From Candidatus Hermodarchaeota archaeon (GTDB lineage Archaea > Asgardarchaeota > Hermodarchaeia > Hermodarchaeales > Hermodarchaeaceae), in contig JAEOUH010000024.1 of NCBI GenBank assembly GCA_016839365.1, positions 1 to 10,295 of the forward strand: a stretch of 10,295 nt of DNA, read 5' to 3'. Positions 1 through 6,707 of this stretch are shown here, piece after piece (the stretch's first letter is position 1; every line of letters starts with the position of its first letter). A program made the translations under genes and the position numbers. The notes under the pieces were generated by a model. It saw nothing but the letters and a program-made list of their open reading frames with translations, had not been told where the DNA came from and did not search any database.

Positions 1-1
1 C

Positions 2-361
2 ATCAATTGTGGAGTCAGCAGTTTCTACATCTAAGACAACTGGATTTGCAGTAAGACTGCCAAACGAAGCGTTGATGGCGATATTCCAATTAACGGGTAA
101 AGTAATGGAAAAATCCGTTGAAACGTCTGAAGATGTGGGTGTACTAAGTGTTTTGTTATAGGTCGCTGTGACGGTTGTTGTAGCGCCGTTCCCAGTGTAT
201 CTCCCGACCGGATCTCCACCATATGGGGGTGGTGGTGAATATTGAGGTGAATTTACATTCGTGGCTAATGCTCCTGGTATTGACAGATTTGGTGTATTAA
301 CTAGAAGGGGAAAGAGGAGGACGACGATGAACGTGAGTCTAATCCAATGACGTCGTGCCAC
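2..361 (-). CDS. Secreted/surface S/T/P-rich protein, N-terminal part (runs off the window start)
   Basis: Not in the ORF track. GTG at 361 is preceded by GGTGA (369-373) and the frame is open to the window edge: MARRHWIRLTFIVVLLFPLLVNTPNLSIPGALATNVNSPQYSPPPPYGGDPVGRYTGNGATTTVTATYNKTLSTPTSSDVSTDFSITLPVNWNIAINASFGSLTANPVVLDVETADSTID. It has a basic N-terminus plus hydrophobic stretch (signal peptide-like) and the sequons NLS, NKT and NAS. Confidence 0.8.
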   Translation of the reverse strand, partial: MARRHWIRLTFIVVLLFPLLVNTPNLSIPGALATNVNSPQYSPPPPYGGDPVGRYTGNGATTTVTATYNKTLSTPTSSDVSTDFSITLPVNWNIAINASFGSLTANPVVLDVETADSTID

Positions 362-568
362 CGCAATTTCACCAAGTAGCGTGTTTTCTCTCTCGTTGCT
401 GCATCTAAGACCGTTGTCTTGAATCTTTTAGTTCTTTCTTTAGAAAATTGCGTAGCCAAAGGCGTCTGCGATTTCCTCATGATATCCGAAATGGATTAGG
501 ATGAGCTATGCGGGGGTCACAGCTAAATACTATTTGCAGGGAACAATGCACATGCAGAGGCATGTCTC

Positions 569-910
569 ATGATAACCTTTGATGAATTCAAGAAACTCGA
601 TTTTCGCATCGCAACTGTGACCAAATCCGAGCAAGTCCCAGGAACGAAGAACCTATTGAAGCTTCAAATTGATCTCGGTGAACTGGGCCAACGTCAAATC
701 GTTACTGGACTAGCCCAATACTATTCTGCTGAATCATTGGTGGGCAGGCAGCTCGTGGTGTTGGTGAATCTCAAGCCTGCTGTATTTCGTGGTGAGAAAT
801 CCGAGGGGATGCTCTTGGCAGCAGAAGTCGGTCAACAGGGAGATTCCAACTACCAAGTAGTCTTGGTGAAACCTGATCGAGACTTACCACCAGGAACTCC
901 AGTCCACTAA
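569..910 (+). CDS. Stand-alone tRNA-binding OB-fold protein (Trbp111/CsaA/MetRS C-terminal domain family)
   Basis: MITFDEFKKLDFRIA..., LLKLQIDLG, RQIVTGLAQYY and VNLKPAVFRGEKSEGMLLAA match the family signature. GAGG lies at 557-560 upstream. Confidence 0.92.
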   Translation: MITFDEFKKLDFRIATVTKSEQVPGTKNLLKLQIDLGELGQRQIVTGLAQYYSAESLVGRQLVVLVNLKPAVFRGEKSEGMLLAAEVGQQGDSNYQVVLVKPDRDLPPGTPVH

Positions 911-924
911 AACACTCTTTTAGA

Positions 925-1665
925 CTACACGAACATTCCGCCTGCACCGCGGTCGTTTTCACGTTCCTGTTGACGAGCGAGTAGTTGTTTAATTTCTTGC
1001 TCGATAGCTTCAGCATCAGCCATCAACTCGTCAGTATCGATGCCAAGATCATATAACTGGTTAAACACCTCGATGGCAACGCTAGCCGCGCGTGGATCTG
1101 GTCGCCCTCGTTCCGCATAAGGTAATATCGCTAGTGCAGGGAAATTCCGAATTTTAAAGTTCGCAAGTAAAAGCGCTAATGGTCCGTAAATACCCCGTCC
1201 CTCTTCGAGTGTAGGCAATTCGAATTTCTTTGCGGTTTCCTGGAAGGCAGACGTATAAGCAGTGCGGTAGCGATCATCGCCTTCAGCGAATTGCATATCC
1301 AATCCGCCAAGAAGTACCGCTTCTTTGAATTTCATGTCCACGCACCAGTTGGCAACAGTTTCTGTAAATGGTGCCCACTCAGCACGATGTGGTTGAAGTC
1401 GTGGGAACAAGAGAATGAAGCGGTCACCGTATTCGTAAATTTCAATGGGCATCAGGAGTTGTTCATTACCGATGAAAACGTGTGGAGGAACCAACGGGCT
1501 CATGATGCATCCGATTGGTCGGGCGTCTTTTTGACCTGTTAGGTGGCGGAGCACAATATATCCCGTTTCACCTAGGGCGCTGTGAAACCCAGAAACCATG
1601 ATTCTTCCATTTAAGTTTACATCGGGGTCTTGCAAGATAATTTGAATTTCTTCTGAATACTCCAT
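925..1665 (-). CDS. PAC2-family proteasome assembly chaperone (PbaA/PbaB-like)
   Basis: Motifs GFHSALGETGYI, LLGGLD, GIYGPLALLL and RPDPRAAS, a C-terminal helical region, and a hydrophobic-aromatic-X tail (MFV). Start moved from 1677 to ATG 1665 because GGTGA (1671-1675) precedes it. Confidence 0.85.
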   Translation of the reverse strand: MEYSEEIQIILQDPDVNLNGRIMVSGFHSALGETGYIVLRHLTGQKDARPIGCIMSPLVPPHVFIGNEQLLMPIEIYEYGDRFILLFPRLQPHRAEWAPFTETVANWCVDMKFKEAVLLGGLDMQFAEGDDRYRTAYTSAFQETAKKFELPTLEEGRGIYGPLALLLANFKIRNFPALAILPYAERGRPDPRAASVAIEVFNQLYDLGIDTDELMADAEAIEQEIKQLLARQQERENDRGAGGMFV

Positions 1666-1710
1666 CAGCGTCACCACATGTGTGTGTTGGCTGTAGCTGT
1701 ATGATTGGTT

Positions 1711-1728
1711 GTTTTAAATTTTCTTTTC
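1711..1728 (-). promoter_or_regulatory. Candidate BRE/TATA for the PAC2 gene
   Basis: The minus strand reads GAAAAGAAAATTTAAAAC, a purine-rich run followed by TTTAAAA, about 50 nt upstream of ATG 1665. Confidence 0.45.
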
Positions 1729-1859
1729 TAATTAGAGAAACCCCTAGATTCTAGCTAGCTCGTTTTTGCTTCGAAATACATTTATGCCCACTCCCTAAAT
1801 GGCGTGAATATATTACCCGCCAATAAACCCACGTACAGGCGTAGGGGACACGTAAAAGT

Positions 1860-3131
1860 TTGACTGACCTCCATTTTCTGGGTGGCTGCAAAACCATAGG
1901 CAGCTCTGCATATCTCGTTGAAGAGAACGATACCTCTATTCTATGTGATTTTGGAGCGTCCTTTAACGGAAATCCAACCTTTCCCCAGCTCAGCCGACCC
2001 GCGAACTTGTTGGTTGCACTTAGTCACGCACATTTAGATCACAGTGGGGGGCTCCCCCTTCTCTTCGCAAGCGGCTCGGCTCCTGTTTATATGACCGCAA
2101 TAACTCGAGATCTAATCAAACTCCTTCTTAAGGACATGATTCGGTTAAGCCACTATTTTCTCCCCTTTGAAAAGGAAGAACTTGACCGATTGATTCGACG
2201 AATTCAAATTGTAAATTATCGAGAGCCAATTGAACTAAAAGACGACGTCACGGTAACATTTCATGATGCTGGCCACATCCCAGGCAGTGCTGCGATTCAA
2301 GTGGAAACTCCTCGTCGCGATATCCTCTATACAGGTGATATCAATACTATCGATACGCAAATGCTCAAAGCTGCTCGTATTCCCAAAAACACTATCGATA
2401 CTCTCATCTTAGAAAGCACCTACGCTCTAACCGCCCACGATGAAAGAAAAATGATTGAAGAACATTTCATCAATACCGCAGAAGAAATCATCGATAGTGG
2501 AGGAACGGTCCTCGTTCCAGCCTTTGCGGTGGCGCGGGCTCAAGAAATCCTATGCATTTTAACTAAGTATAGAGTCAATTTTCCCATTTTCATGGACGGA
2601 ATGGCCCGTGATGCTGCACAAGTCTTTCTTCGCTATCCGGAATTTTTTCAAAACTTCAAACTCCTGAAACGTGCGTTAGCCAACGCCCAATGGGTTCGCA
2701 GTCGCCGGCAACGGGAAGGCATCACCAAGAATCCGGGTTTAGTTGTTGCACCTGCTGGTATGCTCAAAGGAGGTAACGCAGCAAGATATCTCGGAGAAAT
2801 CATGCATGATTCTCGAAATGGTGTTCTGCTTGTAGGGTTTCAAATCCCAGGAACACCTGGTCGGAACCTTTTAGAAAATGGATCCTATGACGATGGGTCT
2901 GGGCTAAAGCGTGTCAAGGCCAGATTCCAGCTCTTCGATTTTTCTTCCCACGCTGGCCAAGATCAACTCTTAGAACTCGGCAGCTCCTTTCCCAACCTTG
3001 AGCGCCTCTATACAGTTCACGGTGAAGCCGAGGCCTGCGAGTTTCTAGCTAAGACTTTGCACAAACAGAATGGCATAAATGCACATGCTGCTGAGACAGG
3101 GGAGTGCTTTGAACTTCCCAACATTGGGTGA
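1860..3131 (+). CDS. MBL-fold beta-CASP ribonuclease without KH domains (aCPSF2-like)
   Basis: MBL motifs DFG, SHAHLDH, AGHIPG and YTGD. beta-CASP motifs LILESTY, PAFAVARAQE, FSSHA and VHGE (His in motif C, typical of RNA-acting members). No N-terminal KH domains, so not aCPSF1/FttA. TTG start. Confidence 0.9.
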   Translation: MTDLHFLGGCKTIGSSAYLVEENDTSILCDFGASFNGNPTFPQLSRPANLLVALSHAHLDHSGGLPLLFASGSAPVYMTAITRDLIKLLLKDMIRLSHYFLPFEKEELDRLIRRIQIVNYREPIELKDDVTVTFHDAGHIPGSAAIQVETPRRDILYTGDINTIDTQMLKAARIPKNTIDTLILESTYALTAHDERKMIEEHFINTAEEIIDSGGTVLVPAFAVARAQEILCILTKYRVNFPIFMDGMARDAAQVFLRYPEFFQNFKLLKRALANAQWVRSRRQREGITKNPGLVVAPAGMLKGGNAARYLGEIMHDSRNGVLLVGFQIPGTPGRNLLENGSYDDGSGLKRVKARFQLFDFSSHAGQDQLLELGSSFPNLERLYTVHGEAEACEFLAKTLHKQNGINAHAAETGECFELPNIG

Positions 3132-3138
3132 ATATAGT

Positions 3139-4014
3139 ATGGCCGATGAAATGCCAGTTATCTCCGGGGATCGCAGCACCATCCTGGTGAACCTACTCAC
3201 CTCGATGATTGCAGCCGGGCTCCTCGGAATCATCGTCTTCTTATCGGGATTTCGATTATACGCTGAACCAATCCCCGAATCCGAATTCGGATTCCTTGCT
3301 GCTGTGGGCAACGCGATCCTCTTTGTCATTTTAGCCACTGTTGGCGCTACGTTGGTTGTTCTACTCTTGAAGTACGGTCGTGAAAAATTCCTGCGATATC
3401 TGCTGCTAGGCGCTTTTGGATTCATCAGCATCGTTGTGTTACTTTACTTTGGTTTCATGTACGTTATCATATTCCAATTCGTTGATCCGGTCCTCGCCTC
3501 CCTGATACTCGTCGCCTTAATCATGACCATAGCACTAGCGTTCTTTACCGTCGATGCAGATAATCGAATGAAGAATGGCGGCCTACTAATCTTCGGTGCC
3601 GCCATTGGTGCATTTCTTGGTGTCGTGCTTCCAGTATGGACCAGTGTCCTGCTTCTCATCGGGTTAGCTATCTACGATTACTATTCGGTGAAACGTGGCC
3701 CCATTCGAAAAATCGTAGAACTCACCGAAGATGATCCAGACAAACTAGGGGCCTTAGCGGTCTCAAGTGCGGAATGGGACATAGGGCTAGGTGATGTGGC
3801 ATTCTACGGTATGATGACAGTTCTGGCTCTTGTCAATTTTGGGCTCCTTCCCACTATTCTGGCCGTAGTTGGCATCATTTCGGGATTTCTGATGACACTA
3901 AAACTACTAGAAAAACGGGGCCTTATGCCCGGTCTCCCAATTCCTGTTGCCTTAGGCCTGCTTGGAATAACCATCGGCTTCCTAATTCGCTGGGTTTTGC
4001 CCTTTATCCCTTAA
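3139..4014 (+). CDS. Presenilin-family (peptidase A22) intramembrane aspartyl protease
   Basis: Polytopic hydrophobic protein with YD (D180, codon 3676), GLGD (D219, codon 3793) and PAL-equivalent PGL (codon 3928). Start moved from 3079 to ATG 3139, which is preceded by GGTGA (3127-3131) and removes the overlap with the upstream gene. Confidence 0.9.
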   Translation: MADEMPVISGDRSTILVNLLTSMIAAGLLGIIVFLSGFRLYAEPIPESEFGFLAAVGNAILFVILATVGATLVVLLLKYGREKFLRYLLLGAFGFISIVVLLYFGFMYVIIFQFVDPVLASLILVALIMTIALAFFTVDADNRMKNGGLLIFGAAIGAFLGVVLPVWTSVLLLIGLAIYDYYSVKRGPIRKIVELTEDDPDKLGALAVSSAEWDIGLGDVAFYGMMTVLALVNFGLLPTILAVVGIISGFLMTLKLLEKRGLMPGLPIPVALGLLGITIGFLIRWVLPFIP

Positions 4015-4041
4015 AACATGTGGACAACAAGATAAAAGGCT

Positions 4042-4236
4042 CTAAACATCAACAACAGGCAGCTTCATTCCTGTGAGTAATCTTTCAGCTGTCCTTGGAT
4101 CGCATACATAGGTGTAAAGATAGCTGGGGGTGCGTAATTTCAGCTTCACCGAGTCTCGAAGTCGTTTGACGCGAACTTCACTCGCCCGTTCAACGATTTC
4201 GAGGAATTCCTCTTCGCTTTGAATTTCACGAGGCAT
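4042..4236 (-). CDS. rpl38e: Ribosomal protein eL38 (L38e)
   Basis: MPREI...EFL...VRVKR...VKLKLRTPSYLYT resembles eukaryotic L38 (MPRKI...VKFKVRCSRYLYT). GGTGAG SD lies 5 nt upstream. Confidence 0.9.
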   Translation of the reverse strand: MPREIQSEEEFLEIVERASEVRVKRLRDSVKLKLRTPSYLYTYVCDPRTAERLLTGMKLPVVDV

Positions 4237-4277
4237 TGAAACTCACCTTTGGGGTTGGCTACGAGGCAGAATCACAA

Positions 4278-4285
4278 CTTAAAAG
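4278..4285 (-). promoter_or_regulatory. Candidate TATA box of rpl38e
   Basis: CTTTTAAG 42-49 nt upstream of the ATG. The identical octamer lies upstream of rpl40e. Confidence 0.5.
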
Positions 4286-4335
4286 CATTGTGATGCTTCC
4301 GCCCTTCTGATTGCAATATCATACCACTTGGATAT

Positions 4336-4443
4336 TGGTGGGCCGGGCGTGAATTGAACACGCGACCTCCGCCGTTTCCTCGCATCTAGCCATTCTTGGC
4401 AAAATCCTGTGAGAGCGGCGTCATACCACTAGACTACCGGCCC
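4336..4443 (-). tRNA. tRNA-Val(CAC) with a 33-nt anticodon-loop intron (4375-4407) and encoded CCA
   Basis: Acceptor stem GGGCCGG/CCGGCCC, D-arm GTC-TAGTGGTAT-GAC, anticodon stem CCGCT/GGCGG, loop CT-CAC-A^C, variable loop AGGTC, T-arm GCGTG-TTCAATT-CACGC, discriminator A, then CCA. Confidence 0.92.
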
Positions 4444-4457
4444 TACGAGGTGTACGA

Positions 4458-4619
4458 CTACCTTGAAAGTTCACGTCGTTTAGGTCGGAGATTTTTACGG
4501 CGGCAGCGACGACACTTGGTTGCCTTGAACGGATTCTTCGCTCCACAATCACGACAAATGGTGACGTAGAGTAGATGTTGCAGGGCAATGCGGCGTTTTT
4601 CTGGATCAGCTACAGGCAT
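4458..4619 (-). CDS. rpl40e: Ribosomal protein eL40 (L40e), 53 aa, stand-alone
   Basis: Absent from the ORF track. MPVADPEKRRIALQHLLYVTICRDCGAKNPFKATKCRRCRRKNLRPKRRELSR contains the C4 zinc ribbon ICRxCGAxNP..ATKCRRC...LRPK. AGGTGA SD at 4625-4630. Confidence 0.95.
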   Translation of the reverse strand: MPVADPEKRRIALQHLLYVTICRDCGAKNPFKATKCRRCRRKNLRPKRRELSR

Positions 4620-4656
4620 CGTATTCACCTAATGGGGGTGCGGATTCCTTTGGTGC

Positions 4657-4664
4657 CTTAAAAG
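4657..4664 (-). promoter_or_regulatory. Candidate TATA box of rpl40e(-tRNA-Val)
   Basis: CTTTTAAG 38-45 nt upstream of the ATG, identical to the rpl38e box. Confidence 0.5.
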
Positions 4665-4677
4665 GATATCGCGAGAA

Positions 4678-5547
4678 TTAGAGGATTTTCTGTAGCGCCT
4701 CGTCCACGTCGATGGGTCGATCAATGACTATTGCCCCGGCCTTTCGAAGGGCCTTAATTTTTCCATCAGCGGTTCCTGTTTTTCCACTCACAATGGCTCC
4801 CGCATGACCCATGCGTTTACCCTTGGGTGCAGTGCGTCCTGCGATATAGGCGATGACCGGTTTTGAGATGTTTTCTTTTATGAATATGGCCGCCTCTTCT
4901 TCGGCACTTCCACCAATTTCTCCGATAAGGACGGTGGCATCGGTTTCCTTGTCCTCTTCAAAGAGCTTGAGCGCATCCACAAACGACATCCCAACGATAG
5001 GATCTCCTCCTAACCCGATTGCGGTGGATTGTCCAAACCCCGCATCAGTGAGGCTAGCTGCAACCTCATAGGTGAGTGTTCCGCTACGCGATATTAACCC
5101 TATCCGTCCAGGTGTAAAGACGTGGGCAGGCATGATTCCAAGTTTACACTGACCCGGTGAAATAATCCCTGGGGTATTTGGTCCAACGACGTAGCTTCCT
5201 TGTCGACGGGCCAGTTCAATAAATCGCATCTCATCGTGGATGGGAATGTGTTCGGTAATAACTGTGACCACCTTAATACCAGCATCAACGGCTTCAGTGG
5301 CTGCATCAGCTGCAAATCGGGCAGGAACGAAGATTATTGAGGCGTTTAACTTCGGAAATTGCTCCTTCGCTTCTATGACGCTATCGAAAACTGGCAGCCC
5401 TTCGATTTCCTGTCCACCTTTTCCTGGGGTTGTACCGGCAACTACGGAGGAGCCGTAGTCAAGCATAGCCTGTGTGTGAAAATAGCCTTCACGGCCAGTA
5501 ATGCCTTGAACCAGAATCCTCGTTTTTTTGTCAATCAAAATTGTCAT
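4678..5547 (-). CDS. sucD: Succinate--CoA ligase alpha subunit
   Basis: VQGITG, TPGKGG, GPNTPG, SRSGTLTYE, GLGGD and the phospho-His motif RMGHAGA. Overlaps the sucC stop by 4 nt (ATGA). Confidence 0.95.
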   Translation of the reverse strand: MTILIDKKTRILVQGITGREGYFHTQAMLDYGSSVVAGTTPGKGGQEIEGLPVFDSVIEAKEQFPKLNASIIFVPARFAADAATEAVDAGIKVVTVITEHIPIHDEMRFIELARRQGSYVVGPNTPGIISPGQCKLGIMPAHVFTPGRIGLISRSGTLTYEVAASLTDAGFGQSTAIGLGGDPIVGMSFVDALKLFEEDKETDATVLIGEIGGSAEEEAAIFIKENISKPVIAYIAGRTAPKGKRMGHAGAIVSGKTGTADGKIKALRKAGAIVIDRPIDVDEALQKIL

Positions 5548-6695
5548 GCTGAATCAACCTCTGAAACTAAGTTAACAACACGTTTAGCTGCCGTGTCCAT
5601 AGAATCTAAGAAGGGAATATTGGCTGCCTCTAAAATAGCGGCGCCTTCTTTTTCGCGTGTTCCAATCATCCGAATGACAATTGGTACCTTACGTGGTAAT
5701 TTGGGCTGGGCATCTACGATTCCTTGGGCGATTTCATCGCATCGGGTAATACCCCCCAAGATATTTATGAAAACCGCCTCCACGTCTGGGTGTGACAACA
5801 CGATATCAAGCGCCTGGCTCATACGCTCTGCAGTCGCGCCTCCTCCAACGTCAAGGAAGTTGGCTGGGGCACCACCATAGTATTTGACGGCATCCATTGT
5901 AGCCATCACGAGTCCAGCGCCGTTCCCAATGATTCCGATGTTTCCCTCTAATTCGACATAGGTCATCCCTGCTTTTTGTGCTCTTTGTTCAAGTTCAGTT
6001 TGTTCTGAAATTCCTGAACTGACTCTCTCCGCGAGTGTTTTGTGGCGGAACAGGGAATTATCATCGATGTTCAACCGGGCATCAGCGGCAATGTACTCGC
6101 CCTTTGTTGTCACAATCAATGGATTAATTTCAGTCAGTTCTGCGTCATTTCGGATGAACACTTGCCAAAGCCTAAGCAACATGTCGGCAACCTGTATCAT
6201 TGCCTTGCCTTCGAAGCCTGCGTTTTTTGCGATATTCCTCGCTTCAAAATCCCTCAGTCCAAAAATCGGGTCAACCCAGAACCGAGTGATTTTTTCAGGG
6301 TGCGCTTCGGCGACCTGTTCAATATCCACACCACCCATCGCACTACAGATAGCTACTGGGCGGCGTTGGGAGCGGTCAATGGTGATTCCCAAGTAGATTT
6401 CCTGTTGAATTTCGAGACGCTGTTCCACAAGGACACGATGAACTGCGTGTTCATGAATCGTCATCTGAAGGAGTTCTTCCGCTACTGACTTGGCCTCATT
6501 AGGGGTGTCTGCGAATTTGATTCCCCCCGCTTTTCCTCGTCCGCCTGCTAAAACTTGAGCTTTGATGACAACTGGACCTCCAAGCTCCTTGGCGATCTTA
6601 GCGGCTTCTTCAGCTGTGGTTGCCAGTCCCGATGGGGGAAGGGGTAATCCTACCTGGTGAAATGCCTCTTTTGCTTCATATTCAAAAAGCCGCAT
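5544..6695 (-). CDS. sucC: Succinate--CoA ligase beta subunit (ATP-grasp)
   Basis: MRLFEYEAK, VIKAQVLAGGRGKAGG, EINPL, GNGAGLVMATMD, PANFLDVGGGA and NILGGITRCD. GGTGA SD upstream. Confidence 0.95.
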   Translation of the reverse strand: MRLFEYEAKEAFHQVGLPLPPSGLATTAEEAAKIAKELGGPVVIKAQVLAGGRGKAGGIKFADTPNEAKSVAEELLQMTIHEHAVHRVLVEQRLEIQQEIYLGITIDRSQRRPVAICSAMGGVDIEQVAEAHPEKITRFWVDPIFGLRDFEARNIAKNAGFEGKAMIQVADMLLRLWQVFIRNDAELTEINPLIVTTKGEYIAADARLNIDDNSLFRHKTLAERVSSGISEQTELEQRAQKAGMTYVELEGNIGIIGNGAGLVMATMDAVKYYGGAPANFLDVGGGATAERMSQALDIVLSHPDVEAVFINILGGITRCDEIAQGIVDAQPKLPRKVPIVIRMIGTREKEGAAILEAANIPFLDSMDTAAKRVVNLVSEVDSA

Positions 6696-6707
6696 AAAAA
6701 TTCACCA

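Noticed and set aside
31-222. 63-aa minus-strand ORF from the track
   Set aside because: It is an alternative frame inside the better supported signal-peptide ORF starting at 361.
301-480. 59-aa minus-strand ORF (MRKSQTPLATQF...)
   Set aside because: No SD or recognisable motif, and it overlaps the start of the secreted protein in another frame.
476-505. Hairpin CTCAT..ATCC-GAAAT-GGAT..ATGAG with superficial SECIS/K-turn resemblance
   Set aside because: The stems are too short, it lies between divergent 5' ends, and no in-frame UGA gene is nearby.
1724-1756. Short palindromes TCTAATTAGA and CTAGATTCTAG in the PAC2/beta-CASP intergenic region
   Set aside because: They are short, AT-rich and share no consensus, so they cannot be distinguished from chance.
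3079-3138. 20-aa N-terminal extension of the presenilin ORF
   Set aside because: It overlaps the nuclease gene, and the SD supports ATG 3139.
4290-4310. Plus-strand C/D-box-like GTGATGC-N10-CTGA
   Set aside because: The C box is imperfect and there is no following C'/D pair to complete an archaeal guide sRNA.
4374-4413. Alternative intron registers giving anticodon GAA (Phe) or CAA (Leu)
   Set aside because: The tRNA body is Val-type (GTCTAG...ATGAC D-arm, C38, A73, short variable loop), and those registers have no better splice motif.
4853-6488. Several plus-strand ORFs antisense to sucD/sucC (also 771-1016, 1291-1542, 3045-3431, 3444-3659, 5100-5315, 6943-7131, 7432-7626, 8126-8311, 8605-8814, 9464-9658)
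   Set aside because: These are shadow ORFs overlapping confidently identified genes and carry no recognisable motifs.
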